DNA of 64,000 bases from an uncultured Rivularia sp. (GCA_963665115.1 OY762007.1:5600001-5664000), one strand, 5' to 3'. Counted from the first letter of the stretch, positions 32,117 through 44,897 are shown. Numbers and translations are program-made. Notes: generated from the sequence alone by a model not told the origin.

Positions 32117-32376
32117 TACTTTAAATGGTAATTACTAACTATTTATTGATAATTGATATTCTTGAAATGGGAATTGAAAAAAAAGTTATGAGTTATGAGT
32201 TATGAGTTATGAGTTGTGAATTAAAAATACCTTTATTACCTATAAAGATTTCGAGATCGGTCTCAAATCGTATTCAAAGGGATTATCAACAAAATTCACA
32301 TTTAATCTCAATCCTAACTCCTAACTCCTAACTCTTAACTCCTAACTCTTAATTCTTAACTCCTAACTCATACCGA

Positions 32377-33414
32377 TTATTTAAGACTTATGGTGTCTGG
32401 CTTATCGGTCATATGGATGGTATCAACAAAACGGGCAGTTTTGGATTGACTAGAAATTACTAAGCTTTGAGTTCTAGCTCCTCCGTGGAAGAAACGAACG
32501 CCTTCCATTAAGGTTCCGGGAGTAATACCGCAGGCTGCAAACAGTACGTTTTCGCCGTTAGCTAGTTCTTCAGCAGTGTAAACTTTATCTGGGTCATTGA
32601 TGCCCATTTCTTTAAGTCTGGCAAGGTTGCTTTCTTTGCTTTCGCCAATCAAACCTGTTTTGACTATTTCTGGATCGTAGATCAATTGTCCTTGGAAGTG
32701 ACCGCCTAAGCAACGCATTGCAGCAGCAGAAATTACACCTTCGGGAGCCGCACCAATACCCATTAATGCATGAATGTTGGTACCTTCAAAACCGCAGGAG
32801 ATAGCAGCAGAAACGTCACCATCGCTAATTAGACGTACTCTTGCGCCAGCTTGACGAATTTCGGCAATTAAATCTTTGTGACGGGGACGATCCATCACTA
32901 CTACTACCAATTCTTCTACAGAGCGATTCATGCACTCAGATAGAATTTTGAGGTTTTCAGTAGCAGATTTATTGATATCTACTTTGCCTTTGGCTTGTGA
33001 TGGTGCTGCTAACTTTTTCATATAAAAGTCAGGTGCAGCAAATAGTCCACCTTTTTCGGAAATTGCGAGTACGGCCATCGAACCGTTTTGACCGTATGCT
33101 ACGAGGTTAGTACCTTCGCAGGGGTCAACGGCGATGTCAATTTCAACTAATTCATCAGGGTTACAGAAAGTCTTGGCATCTTCACGAGTACAAATTCCCA
33201 CTTCTTCACCGATGTAAAGCATGGGAGCATCATCGCGTTCGCCTTCTCCAATCACAATGCGTCCGCGCATATAGATTTTGTTCATTCTTTCCCGCATAGC
33301 TTCCACAGCTACTTGGTCGGCGGTATTCTTTTCGCCTTTACCCATCCATCGAGCGCTGGCGATCGCCGCTTGCTCAACTACCTCAATAATCTCTAATCCA
33401 AGAGTATTTTCCAC
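32377..33414 (-). CDS. glpX: class II fructose-1,6-/sedoheptulose-1,7-bisphosphatase
   Basis: [21 protein letters not shown] and GAAPEG motifs. Confidence 0.98.
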   Translation of the reverse strand: MENTLGLEIIEVVEQAAIASARWMGKGEKNTADQVAVEAMRERMNKIYMRGRIVIGEGERDDAPMLYIGEEVGICTREDAKTFCNPDELVEIDIAVDPCEGTNLVAYGQNGSMAVLAISEKGGLFAAPDFYMKKLAAPSQAKGKVDINKSATENLKILSECMNRSVEELVVVVMDRPRHKDLIAEIRQAGARVRLISDGDVSAAISCGFEGTNIHALMGIGAAPEGVISAAAMRCLGGHFQGQLIYDPEIVKTGLIGESKESNLARLKEMGINDPDKVYTAEELANGENVLFAACGITPGTLMEGVRFFHGGARTQSLVISSQSKTARFVDTIHMTDKPDTISLK

Positions 33415-34029
33415 GAAGTCTGCCCTCTCAATTGCTTGGCCATTCGCGGTAAAAGCGAATTGCGATTTCAGTTATTAAGTCTACCAAAGGGCGTATACCC
33501 GTGGAAATCCGTCTTGACTATTCGTTTTGTTAAGTTTTGCTGCCGAGGATATTTCTGGCATCAAACGCAGAGCATATATTACCTTTTCATTTTAGTACTT
33601 TTTTTACATTCGGATATATTTCATTTGAATATTGTCAACCAATCTTGGATTGAGTTTTTTTATTCTTCCTATTGATTAATTTAATGCTATTTTTTGTTTA
33701 GATTAATATGTATATTTTTGATTTTTTAGCTTATTAGATATAACTTTTAAATCGCCAGATATATAGGAATTAGTTTGAATTTTTCAAAATATTCCTCAAA
33801 CTAGGCAGCAGTAAACAGCAAATGGTAAATAGGAAATGCATCCTGTTTTAATCGAAATTTAAGTTGTATTTTTATCCAATCGAATTAATATGAAATATTT
33901 GATTAAATATATTAATGGAAATCAAAATAATTGTAGTGTTAGGAGGGGGATAAAGCCTCGACCTAAAGGTGCGAGGAATGGTTACTCTGCTAGGCTGAAA
34001 GAAATCAAAAAATTCCTCACATAAAAAAT

Positions 34030-34347
34030 ATGTTCGATTTTCTTAACCCGCTTTTAAATCGCCATCCTGAAAAAATCAAAGCAAACGTAGAAATTTATAC
34101 TTGGCAGACTTGTCCTTACTGCATCCGTGCAAAAATGCTTTTGTGGTGGAAAGGCGTTAAATTCACCGAATACAAGATTGATGGAGACGCAACCGCAAGA
34201 GAAGCAATGGCTTCCCGTGCGAATGGAGGGCGTACAGTACCACAAATTTTTGTCAACGATCGACACGTTGGTGGTTGCGATGAGTTGTATAAATTAGATA
34301 CGCAAGGTCAACTTGATTCTTTGTTAAATCAACCTGCAACTGCTTAA
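34030..34347 (+). CDS. grxC: dithiol glutaredoxin
   Basis: CPYC, TVPQIF and GGCD motifs. Confidence 0.92.
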   Translation: MFDFLNPLLNRHPEKIKANVEIYTWQTCPYCIRAKMLLWWKGVKFTEYKIDGDATAREAMASRANGGRTVPQIFVNDRHVGGCDELYKLDTQGQLDSLLNQPATA

Positions 34348-34441
34348 GAAGAGTAAAACCAAAATTTTTTGTAGAGACGCGATATACCGCGTCTTTTTAT
34401 GTATAACTCCTAACTCCTAACTCCCAGATCTTCTTAAGAAT

Positions 34442-34928
34442 ATGTTAAGTCTCAGCGAAGAATATTTGATACACAGAAAATGGATGAGACAAGCATTAAG
34501 GTTGTCTCAATTAGCGGGAGAAGCAGGTGAAGTTCCTGTAGGCGCTGTTATTATTGATTCATCGCAAAATATGATTGCTTTATGTGTAAATAGAAAACAA
34601 CGCGACAATGACCCCCACCGCCCATGCGGAAATTCTCGCTATAAGAGAAGCAACGCGCAGGTTACAAAGTTGGCGGCTTCATGAATGTAGTCTCTACGTT
34701 ACTCTCGAACCTTGCCCGATGTGCGCTGGTGCCATTGTCCAAGCCCGTATGGGTCGATTAATCTATGGAGTAGATGACCCGAAAACTGGGGCAATTCGGA
34801 CGGTTGCTAACATTCCCGATAGTGCGGCTTCCAATCACCATTTGAGTGTAATTGGAGGCATCCTAGAATCTGACTGTCGCTCCGAGTTACAAACTTGGTT
34901 TGCTAATCGGCGACATAGCACAACATAA
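34442..34928 (+). CDS. tadA: tRNA adenosine(34) deaminase, +1 frameshift at 34612-34616
   Basis: GEVPVGA, DPTAHAE and TLEPCPMC motifs. Confidence 0.93.
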
Positions 34929-35044
34929 AGGACAGAGGTAAAACTGTCCAGTGAGTGCTACAAAAGTTGGGGGAGAAAATCTACGGTGTTACTAATCAAG
35001 AATTCTTTACATTTTGATTTACTTAATATTCAGCAACCACCGAG

Positions 35045-35812
35045 ATGATGGAATTTGATTCGATATTTGATACCGGCAGACAGAAAACAGCCAATTGTAG
35101 AGTGAGTAATAAGTTAGCCAATACTAATTCGCGAATTTCTCCCTGGTTAAGTTCTCTAACTTACCTACTGGCAGGAAATATACTTTTACCTTTTTACTTC
35201 AGTCAAATCACGATTGTCGGACAGGAAAATTTACCTAAAAATGGTCCCGTAATCTTAGCTCCTACCCACAAGGCACGTTGGGATTCGCTACTTTTGCCTT
35301 ATGCAACAGGACGTTGCGTCACTGGGCGAGATTTACGTTTTATGGTCACAAGTACTGAATGTCAGGGTTTTCAAGGTTGGTTTGTCCGACGATTGGGAGG
35401 ATTCCCCGTAAATTCACAACGTCCTTCTGTTACAACTCTTCGCCATACTGTTGAATTACTCAAGCGCGGCGAAATGTTAGTTATTTATCCTGAAGGCGGT
35501 ATTTTTCGCGATCGCGAAGTTCACCCACTAAAACCTGGAATCGGACGTTTGGCTTTGAGTGCTGAATCATCTCATCCCGGTTTAGGAGTGAAAATTGTGC
35601 CCCTAACTTTCAATTACAGTCATCCTTATCCAAATTGGGGTACGGATGTAAGTATTCGCATCGCTCCTGCAATCAAAGTCTCTGACTACGATAGGGGTTG
35701 TGTAAAGCAAGATGCCAAAAGTCTTACAGATGACTTAGCTCATAGTCTTCAACAGCTAAATTATCAATATGATGATTTAGCTAGTAGTGGTTTTGTACAA
35801 ATAGAAAGTTAG
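35045..35812 (+). CDS. PlsC-like lysophospholipid acyltransferase
   Basis: THKARWD (HX4D) and YPEG motifs. Confidence 0.9.
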   Translation: MMEFDSIFDTGRQKTANCRVSNKLANTNSRISPWLSSLTYLLAGNILLPFYFSQITIVGQENLPKNGPVILAPTHKARWDSLLLPYATGRCVTGRDLRFMVTSTECQGFQGWFVRRLGGFPVNSQRPSVTTLRHTVELLKRGEMLVIYPEGGIFRDREVHPLKPGIGRLALSAESSHPGLGVKIVPLTFNYSHPYPNWGTDVSIRIAPAIKVSDYDRGCVKQDAKSLTDDLAHSLQQLNYQYDDLASSGFVQIES

Positions 35813-35886
35813 TAGTTAGTGGTTAGTGGTTAGTTGTTAGCTATTATTCTTAGAGCCACACCCTAGTCTCGGATAATTGTTAATTG

Positions 35887-37995
35887 TTAATTGTTAATTG
35901 ATAAAGCAAGTTCCCAATTCTTTAATTTACCCACATCTTGTAATGCAGTATCAATAATCCATAATTGCCAGTTCCCTTTGGCTGACTGATTGAGTAGATT
36001 CTTTAAAACGGGATGGGTTTGCACACAATAAGTAGTAAGTAAATCTTGACGACGGCCTAAAGTACGACTTTGCAACAATACTCGCTGATTATTGGGAGCA
36101 ATTAAGTAAATTTCTAAATCACTTAAGAATTCATGGGTGATGTTGACGCTAACTTGAATATCGCGGACATTGCCCAAATCAGATATGAAAAGTCCGCTTT
36201 TTATCCCTTGTTTATCATTGTCGGGAATAGAGAATACAGAATTATTACGTCCTTCTATAAGTGTGGTTGCAACTGCGGCATTTGTTTGAAGCTTTTGCGC
36301 TGCTTTGACTGCGGATAGGGCATTTACTTTACCGTAACCAAACCATTTTGAATGACCGTTATCGTCGTAACTACCGTAACGCAAACCTAATTGTGCATCT
36401 GTGTCCAAATCAACAATTTTATCTGCGCTTTCTTCAAGTATGCGTTTTACTTGTGCAACTGTTAAGTCAGGGTTTACTGACAAAATTAGTGCTGCGACTC
36501 CAGCGACTACTGGAGTTGCGCTGGAAGTGCCGCCAAAATTACTAGTAAAATTGCCTTTCGTGTAGCCAGCAGATCCTAATTGATCGGTTGTAAACATCCC
36601 CCTTCCTGGAAGTGAAACTGCAATTGTCGGTTGGGAATAAATAAAACCTGTTTGTTCAAACCACATTCCCGGTTGAGCGTTATTACTGGGAGCGCATACC
36701 GAAATATTGGTACCCCAATTGCTGTAGGCTGCTTTTTTATTCAAACTGGTGGATGCGGCAACTGTAATTACATCTGGATGTACGGCAAATCCACTTAGCC
36801 ACCTTGTCTTACCAGTCACAATATTTTTAACCCAACCGCGTTCGTAAACCGTGCCGTTAATCGGACGATTTGCATTACCAGCAGCAAATAAAATCACGCA
36901 ACCCTTACCGTTACGTCCTTTGGTCGCAGCGCGAGTTATAGCAGCCCGCTGACGCAACGAAAGAGGAAAATATACGGCAGAAGCTCCCCAACTGCAAGAA
37001 ATTACACTAGCTCCTTTTTCAATTGCCCAATCAAAAATCGCTTCTATAGATTCATCATCTAAAAAACCACTGGTACGAATAGGCATAAACGCACAACCTG
37101 GAGCAATGCCGGAAATTCCCGTACCGTTTTCTTCGGCGATCGCGATTCCCGCACAAGCTGTACCGTGGCTGGGCTGTTTTTGTGTAGGTATTGGTAAAAA
37201 ATCTTTATCTTTTAAATCTAACGGAGCGACTATTTTTCCACTACCCATGAAATCGGGATGATTCAGATCGAAAGAATCATCTACAACCGCTACTGTTACC
37301 GAACGAACTCCCCTTGTGATGTCCCAAGCTTTTTCTACCCAAATATGAGAACCATAAGCTAATTGGTTGCCACCATTATGATTTAAATACCACTGTTGAA
37401 AATAAAGAGGGTCGCGAGGTTTATAATATGCTTCTTGATGGATAATAATATTAGGCTCGCTAGCTACAACTTCGGGTAGTCTTTGTAATCTATTAGCAAT
37501 TTTTATCGGATTTTGTGTAGCTTGTTTACCAACCTTAAATGCAAAAGTATTAGGAAGGCCATCAATAGCTTTATAAAGAATCAAGCCAAATTTAGCTGTA
37601 ACAGCATTAATTCTGGCAGAATCGACCCAAGAAGCAAATTCAATCGTAATTTGGTCGCCTAAATAAACTCTGTTTCCAGCATTACCTTTAATTTGGTAAA
37701 CATGGCTGGCAAAAGCAACATTTGTAGAACTCCGCGCTTGAGACATCGCCATCTCCAAGCTACTGGGCGCAACTGTAAACAATTCTAAACCAGAAGTCGG
37801 AATAGCACTGCGCCAACTACCTAAAAAATTCTGAGCTAATTGCTTGAGTGGAACATTAGAGTTTTTACGAACTGTAAAGCGGTCTGAAATCTTTTCTAGT
37901 ATTAATTCTTCACCTCCACGTTGTATAATCATTCCTAAACTGCTATCTGGTATTCCGTTTGCGAAATTTTCGTTTGCATTTGCGTTCATATTCAT
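35887..37995 (-). CDS. S8 subtilisin-like protease with C-terminal proprotein convertase P domain
   Basis: VVDD, HGTAC, AAGN and GTSSA catalytic motifs; C-terminal IPDND...W-L-I-D...W-L. Confidence 0.92.
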   Translation of the reverse strand: MNMNANANENFANGIPDSSLGMIIQRGGEELILEKISDRFTVRKNSNVPLKQLAQNFLGSWRSAIPTSGLELFTVAPSSLEMAMSQARSSTNVAFASHVYQIKGNAGNRVYLGDQITIEFASWVDSARINAVTAKFGLILYKAIDGLPNTFAFKVGKQATQNPIKIANRLQRLPEVVASEPNIIIHQEAYYKPRDPLYFQQWYLNHNGGNQLAYGSHIWVEKAWDITRGVRSVTVAVVDDSFDLNHPDFMGSGKIVAPLDLKDKDFLPIPTQKQPSHGTACAGIAIAEENGTGISGIAPGCAFMPIRTSGFLDDESIEAIFDWAIEKGASVISCSWGASAVYFPLSLRQRAAITRAATKGRNGKGCVILFAAGNANRPINGTVYERGWVKNIVTGKTRWLSGFAVHPDVITVAASTSLNKKAAYSNWGTNISVCAPSNNAQPGMWFEQTGFIYSQPTIAVSLPGRGMFTTDQLGSAGYTKGNFTSNFGGTSSATPVVAGVAALILSVNPDLTVAQVKRILEESADKIVDLDTDAQLGLRYGSYDDNGHSKWFGYGKVNALSAVKAAQKLQTNAAVATTLIEGRNNSVFSIPDNDKQGIKSGLFISDLGNVRDIQVSVNITHEFLSDLEIYLIAPNNQRVLLQSRTLGRRQDLLTTYCVQTHPVLKNLLNQSAKGNWQLWIIDTALQDVGKLKNWELALSINN

Positions 37996-38166
37996 GACAG
38001 CTATTTTGGTGACTGTAATGGTTGTGGGAACTCAATCGATTAGATTTTCAGTCTAAATTCACAGACAGTTAGTATGTGGCTTTGCTTTGTTTTCATAGCA
38101 AAACAGAGTTAAGATACCCGAAGTTTTCATCATTATTCCTTTTAGTAGTCCCAAGTACTTATCCCC

Positions 38167-38764
38167 ATGAAATTTGCTGCAACCGTTTCAACTATTAGTG
38201 TTACAATGCTCGCGTTAATAGCAAGTTTTAGCCTGCTGCCTGCTCACGCTCAGGTTAAACTACCTAGCGGTAGCACGCAAGTACAACCAATCGATCCAAA
38301 CGATCCAAATAATCTTCAGCCAACCGGACAAACATCAAGCGTGTTGAGTCTCGAAGGTGGAAAGCGTTTGATGTCCGAGGCTAGTAATGCAGTTGCTTCA
38401 CAGAACTATTCTTTAGCTGCCGACAAACTCAAGGAAGCGCGTTTAGTTTTCAATCAGCTATCAAATTTTTACCAGCAGCTAAACTCTAGTTTTGCCGGAA
38501 TTGACAATAGAGTAGCCGATTCACAACGCAAAAAAGCTTTATCTACCGCTCAAATGCGAGATGAAGCGACCCTATCAGCTAGCATTGGTACATAGAGCGC
38601 AGAACAAACCAGAATTAGCTGTACCTTTGTTGGTACAGATTATCAAAAGTCAAAATCCAACCAGAGATTTAGGCAAAAAAGCTTATCAACAATTATTTGA
38701 ATTAGGTTTTGTTGATTCTCCTTTCCGTAAAGAAGCCGGTAGTTCCTCTTCTTCCCGCAAATAA
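38167..38764 (+). CDS. Secreted helical (TPR-like) hypothetical protein, +1 frameshift at 38570-38572
   Basis: Signal peptide ending PAHA; removing one C gives RDEATYQLALVHRAQ. Confidence 0.78.
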
Positions 38765-38867
38765 TAATCGTTTTTGATATCTACAATAAAGTTATTGAAT
38801 GTGCCATCGTTAAATTTTTAGCGGTGGTTTTTGAATATACGTATATTAAATAAAGTAAAATACTGCT

Positions 38868-39860
38868 CTAAAATACGGAAATAGATGTGTCGCATTGAAT
38901 TGTAAAATCACTATTAGATTCTGTTAATTGAGAAAAAGCTGTTTTTGCTTTAGCGATCGTCTTCTTCGCCGATGATTCAGAACTAGGAATCACAGTTGTC
39001 ACAAATAATCTAAAGTTGATGAACTCGCCGATTGTAGTGTCATATGATAATTTGAGTGCTTCTAAAGCTCTTAGAATCGCTTTTGCTATATCGGAGGCTG
39101 CTTCAGATTCAGTTTTTGACAATATTACGCAAAATGTTTCGTCATCAAAGCGAGCTAGCAAATTTGTATCTTTTTCCTTGCACTTGCGTATAGTATCGAT
39201 AATTTCATGTAGATATTTGTCGGGATATGAAGCTATATTATCAACTTTAGCAAAGTTAACTTTTAAAAAAATTAAAGATAAAGATAATTGATACTTCTCC
39301 AAGCGATTCCATTCACGCTCTAAGTATTGATCGAAGTAATCACGATTAGCAATTTGAGTTTGTTTATCAACAGAAGCATAATTTTGTAGGTTTCGAGAAG
39401 CTGCTTCTAAACGTAGAGTCAGCAAACATTCTCGCTGAATTTTTTGCTTAAGTTCTGGATTTCCCCACCTTGTTAACAATAAGCGATCAACTCGTCGATC
39501 GAGTAAATTCCAATTGATTGGTTTAGTTATGTAATCTGTTGCACCAGCTTTCACAGCTTTATCGACGGCTTCTTGTTTGTTGAGTGAAGTAATCATTAAA
39601 ATCGGAGGGCAACGATCGTTTAGAAGCGCTTGCACTTGTTCGCAACAACTAAAACCATCCGAACCGGGTATCATGGCATCTAATAAAATTAAATCTGGTA
39701 GTTGCTGTTGACAAATATCTAAACAATGTCTGGTGTCGCACGCTTCAATAACCGTATATCCTTTTTTTTCCATAGCTTTACGCAAAACTAATCGCAAGGC
39801 TCTTTCATCATCCACTACCAAAATTAAAGGTGGGTTATTTTGAAAGTTGTAATCAATCAT
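38868..39860 (-). CDS. Response regulator with degenerate GGDEF domain
   Basis: REC (VVDD, LLDAM, TKP); ANRDYFD...EW retained but GGDEF replaced by ARFDDETF. Confidence 0.85.
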   Translation of the reverse strand: MIDYNFQNNPPLILVVDDERALRLVLRKAMEKKGYTVIEACDTRHCLDICQQQLPDLILLDAMIPGSDGFSCCEQVQALLNDRCPPILMITSLNKQEAVDKAVKAGATDYITKPINWNLLDRRVDRLLLTRWGNPELKQKIQRECLLTLRLEAASRNLQNYASVDKQTQIANRDYFDQYLEREWNRLEKYQLSLSLIFLKVNFAKVDNIASYPDKYLHEIIDTIRKCKEKDTNLLARFDDETFCVILSKTESEAASDIAKAILRALEALKLSYDTTIGEFINFRLFVTTVIPSSESSAKKTIAKAKTAFSQLTESNSDFTIQCDTSISVF

Positions 39861-42800
39861 TTACTTTGTTTAAATATTGTGAGTGTAGAGCAGCTTCTAC
39901 TCTTTGGTACTCGGTTTCAATTTGGGAAGCAATAGTAGAAGCACCGACAGTATTCCCAGCATCACCCATACTTTCTAATTCTTGGCATATTTCGGCAAGA
40001 TCCATAGCACCGATAGTTACGCTCAAAGATTTCAATGCATGAGCAAAACTACAAAGTTCCGCAGCATCTTGATTTTCAATTGCCTGATGAATCATCAGTA
40101 ACCTTTGTGGTGCATCTTCCAAATAGTTGTTAATCAACTCTGTCAAAATTTCCTCATCATCTAACATATCTTTTAGAGCTTGAAACGTTTCGTCATCAAT
40201 AGCTCCATCTAAAATTAGTTCTGGTGCTATTTGAGATTGATATGCTAACTCGTCATTTTTGGTAACAGCAGTTAATTGTTGATTTTCTTGAGTTAAATCG
40301 TGGGAAGCTTGATATTTATAGAAAGCTTGAGCAACCGCCTCGATGCGGATAGGTTTGCTAATGTAGTCATTCATCCCAGCACCAAGGCATTCCTCTCGAT
40401 CGCCTGGCATAGCATGGGCAGTCGTTGCTACAATCCAAGGGCGGTAGTTATCTGACCATTCCTGACAAATTTTCCGAGTCGCCTCAAATCCGTCCATTTC
40501 TGGCATTTGTACATCCATGAAGACGAAATCGTAGGGTTGTTGTCGTAAGGCTGAGATTGCTTCTAAGCCATTATTTGCTACATCTGTACGATAGCCCATC
40601 CGCAAAAGCATTTGTTGGATCACCTTCTGATTTAAAGCAATGTCTTCCACTAAGAGAATGCGTAACGGTAGCTTTTCACTCAACTGAGAATCAAATCCTC
40701 TTGGGGACAATCGCCTAACTATTGCAGAGTTTTGTTGACCGTGCAACATATCCATAAATACATACAAAAGCTGCGATCGCTTAATTGGTTTAGTTAAACT
40801 TGCAACGGAACCTAGCTTTTCTGCATACTTTTTCGTTTCTACAGAAACTCAGCATTACTAAGGGCATATTTTGGCAGCTAGGTAAGGAGCGAATATGTTC
40901 TGCCAGAGTTAAACCGTCGATTTCTTCGAGGTGTATATCCAAAACTGCAATATCAAATTGCTCACCTGAATTAATTAATCCCAAAGCTTCCAAACCTGAC
41001 TCAACCGTGCAAACACGTATACCCCAATTAGAAGCTTGTAAACTAACTACTTGGCGATTAATTGTACTGTCATCAACCACTAACAGACGTTTTCCGGTTA
41101 AATCAGCTTCAACAACCGTTTCAAGTTCAAAATCTTGGTCATTAGTAGCGGGCTGAACCAGGATTGTGAAATTAAATGTCGAGCCAGTTCCAACTTCGCT
41201 TTCAACCCATATGCTGCCACCCATCATGTTACACAATCGCTTGCTAATAGCTAAACCCAATCCAGTACCGCCATGTTGGCGAGTAGTTGATGAATCAATT
41301 TGGCTAAAAGGCTTAAATAATCGCTCCATGCGCTCTTGAGGAATACCAATACCTGTATCCTTAACAGCAATTTGAATTTCGTATTTGTCTTGACTAATTA
41401 CTTTTTTGAGGCTTACAAAAACCACAACTTCCCCGATTTGAGTGAATTTTACGGCATTAGTAATTAAATTCACCAAAATTTGTCGTAATCTGGTTACATC
41501 CCCAACGATCTTAGTTGGAGTTTTAGTATCTATTAAATAGGCTAATTCTATATTTTTGGCATTAGCTTGAGGAGCTACTAAGTCCAAAGCTTCTTCTATG
41601 CAATGATGAAGAGTAAAAGGGTGTTCCTCTAAATATAATTTACCCGATTCAATCTTAGAAAAGTCTAAAATATCATTGATTATAGCGAGCAAGTTATTAC
41701 TGCTACTGCGAACAATGTTCACAAAATCATTTTGTTGAGCAGTCATTTTGGTATCAAGCAGCAGCCCTGTCATACCAATAATCGCATTCATCGGCGTGCG
41801 AATTTCATGGCTCATCATTGCCAAAAAATCACTTTTGGAGCGATTTGCTGTTTCTGCTTCGCGTCTTGCCTTCTCCAAGGAAAAATTCTTTACGGTAAGT
41901 TCCTCTCGTTGACGAGTTTCTTGTTCTAGCAACTTTCCCTGTGCCAAGGCGATACCTAATTGTGCTGCAACTGCTTTTAATAATTCAATTTCTTCCTGAG
42001 TCCACTGGCAAAAATTACCACACTGATGTAGTGAAATTATACCGTTAGGGTTTCCTTGATAAGAAGTACGCACTGCCAACAAGGATTTTAGTCCAACTTG
42101 TTGAGCAAATGCTTGGGCATCTTCTGTGATGAAAGAATTGTTGTAAACGTCATCCAAAGCGATGGCTTTATCTTGTAATAAGAGCGCCTCTACATAAGGA
42201 TTGCCAGTTACCGGATTCAGTATCGAACTGTAATCGGAAACAACATACTCGGCAACTGGGGTAATTCTGGGAATGGGTTCGCTAAAATAGGAGTAAATTA
42301 GACAGCGATCTACTTGAAAGGCTTGCCCAATCTTATTTGCAGCTGTCTGAAATATTTTTTCGGTGTCGAGGCTTTGACCAATCTCCTCAGTAATTCGTTT
42401 GACAAGCAGGGTTTGCCGAAGTTGTTGTTGTAATGCAGCTTCAGCCTGTTTGCGATCGGTGATTTCGACAAAAACTATACCAATTCCTATTAGCTGATTT
42501 GTAATCGATTGAATCGGAAAGTAAGAAGTTAACCAAGTCCGTTTTATATTTGGAAATTGGCCTTTTATAGCTGGAAATTGGCTAGTTTTTCCAGATATCT
42601 CAAAGTGGAGAACAGATTTCCCAGTACTGAAAACGCTCTGTAATATTTCCTTATGTTTGTCTGTCACATCGGAGTCAATTTCCCACGGTGTTTTGCCAAT
42701 ATGCTCTGCTGCGGAAACTCCATTAATTTCTGCCAATGCTTCATTGATTACCGTGTAACGTAATTGATTATCGAGCAAACTAACACCAAAAGGCGCACTG

Positions 42801-43234
42801 TCAACAAATTGGTCTAAAAAATCCTGTTTTTGGGTTAGTTCTTGTTCTAGCTTAGAATTTAGTTCTTTTACAGCTAGAAATTGAGGAATTATCGGTATCA
42901 CTGTTAGTGCTGTATATAAAGAAATAAGTGCGGTAATAGCTTTAATCAGACCAGAAAACCAATAAGACGGATGCCAAAGCGTCCAAACCGCTATCAAATG
43001 AGTTGTACCGCAGAAGAAGATAAAGCTTCCAAATAGCAATAACAACCATTTGTAGGGTAAATATTTCTGCTTCCGTATAAAGTAGATTAGAGCAATAGGA
43101 ATAAAATAGTAGCTTATGCCTATCAGAGAATCCGATAAGATATGAAGCCACACCAATGCTGGTTTCCAAAGATAGCAATGTCCAGGTGGAATAAAAGATC
43201 CAGTGTCAAATATTTGATGTATCAAATTAATCAT
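39853..43234 (-). CDS. Hybrid histidine kinase: ETR1-like membrane sensor-PAS-GAF-HisKA-HATPase-REC-REC-HPt, +1 frameshift at 40845-40847
   Basis: SDSLIGISY, CGTTH, SHEIRTP, NAVKFT, DTGIG, GTGLG, two REC domains and AHALKS; removing one base gives LSSVETK...LTKPIKRSQL. Confidence 0.9.
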
Positions 43235-43281
43235 TTTTTTTAATAAATATTTCGCTCTTATTGATTTATAAAAACTTAGCT

Positions 43282-43353
43282 AACTAGTGCAGCACGGCGG
43301 AAGTAAAAAGTTTTATAGTATAAGGATTATAATTGTTGGCAATGGGTGCTTTA
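43282..43353. mobile_element. Short MITE-like inverted-repeat element
   Basis: GCACGGCGGAAGTAAA...TTTATTTACGCTGTAC. Confidence 0.5.
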
Positions 43354-43835
43354 TTTACGCTGTACTTCACTATTACCGCTTCGCGTAAGTAAGAAGTAAC
43401 ACGGATATGATTTGAATCACAACGCGGATATTTCATAGAGATTCACCCTAATTAATATTTTCCGGAATGCAAAGATTATGCAAAGCCGATTTTTGATTGT
43501 AAAATTAATATTAAGTTAAGATAAAAATTTTACGATCGCCTCACTAAAAACCCCGATATTTCACATTTTTACGACGCTTTTTAAGTATTATTACTGCTTC
43601 ACAAATAAAAACTTATTCTTCACCCTTCCCTGAATTACCAACAAATCTCCAACAACCCGGTGGAAGACATTGATAACTGCTTGAAGCGCGAGTGGTAACT
43701 AAATCAATGACAGCAAAAAACTTAGCACGCTTAGTTTTGAAGTAGATCGATTCGCCATTTATAACAACTGCTCGCTGTTGTTGAAAATTTGTACATAATA
43801 ATAAAGTGTAGGGAAATTAATTTTTAGGGATAGCG

Positions 43836-44093
43836 ATGATAAGTCCGCAGCAAGTAGAAGAAATGATAAAGGCCCAAATGCCAGACGCTCAAGTTCAAGT
43901 AGAAGATTTAACTGGCGGTGGCGACCATTATCAAGTAAGTGTAGTTTCATCGCAGTTTGCAGGCAAGGGATTGGTAAAGCAACATCAGTTGGTTTATGGT
44001 GCGTTGAAACAAGCTATGTCTACCGAAGCTATTCATGCTCTAGCACTTAAAACATATACTCCCGAAGCTTGGCAAACAGCAGCCGCTTCATAA
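43836..44093 (+). CDS. bolA: BolA family protein
   Basis: GGGDHY, QHQLVY and IHALAL motifs. Confidence 0.93.
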   Translation: MISPQQVEEMIKAQMPDAQVQVEDLTGGGDHYQVSVVSSQFAGKGLVKQHQLVYGALKQAMSTEAIHALALKTYTPEAWQTAAAS

Positions 44094-44133
44094 GTCAAGT
44101 ATAGTTATGAGTTATGAATTGTTTACAGGAAGA

Positions 44134-44249
44134 TATATAGCGTTTTTAAGTTAGATAGAATAATTCTTAGCCTCACCCCGCCTGATTAAGGAGAGGGGAA
44201 GGGGGTGGGTTAACCAAAATGTATCGCACTTAATCGAAAAGAACTATAT
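44134..44249. mobile_element. MITE-like element (ATATAGCGTTTT...AAAAGAACTATAT); related copy at ~51656-51713
   Basis: Imperfect terminal inverted repeats around a GC-rich hairpin. Confidence 0.5.
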
Positions 44250-44345
44250 CAACTTCTTCTGTAACAATAGTTGTAAACAAACTCTAGCTTATAGCTTCAA
44301 ATACCAGTTTTCGTACCCCCATACCAAAAACAAAAAGGAACTATC

Positions 44346-44669
44346 ATGACACCAGAAGCTAAAGAAAAAATTGATAATCTGGTACAGCAGAATAAAATCA
44401 TGGTCTTCATGAAGGGAAGCAAGTTAATGCCAATGTGCGGCTTCTCTAACAATGTTGTGCAAATTATTAACACCTTAGCAGTTCCCTACGAAACTTTTGA
44501 CATTCTTGAAGATGCAGAAGTACGTCAGGGAATCAAAGAATATTCTGATTGGCCTACCATTCCCCAGGTTTACATAAACGGTGAATTCGTTGGTGGTTCG
44601 GATATTTTGATTGAACTTTACCAGAAAGGTGAATTACAACAAATGGTTGAAGTCGCAATGGCTTCGTAG
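44346..44669 (+). CDS. grxD: monothiol glutaredoxin
   Basis: CGFS, WPTIPQ and GGSD motifs; adjacent to bolA. Confidence 0.96.
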   Translation: MTPEAKEKIDNLVQQNKIMVFMKGSKLMPMCGFSNNVVQIINTLAVPYETFDILEDAEVRQGIKEYSDWPTIPQVYINGEFVGGSDILIELYQKGELQQMVEVAMAS

Positions 44670-44897
44670 GTTATATTTGGGCTGATGGATAAAATATCAA
44701 CCCAAATTTGACTTAGAAAAAATCCCCTTACCGATTTCTTTGATAACCAATTAAATCGGTGAGGGGTAACTATTAACTTAAATTGCTACAAAACATTTAC
44801 AAAATAGATCGCACCGCTGGTACAGTTGATATTCCCAGAGAATATGCTACAATTATCTGCGTTATGCAGAATTAACTATTAATTGACAGGGAAAAGT

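Noticed and set aside
35887..37995. S8 protease as a cyanobactin PatA/PatG-type maturation enzyme
   Set aside because: Has a P domain rather than PatA/G accessory domains, and no precursor or cyclodehydratase is nearby
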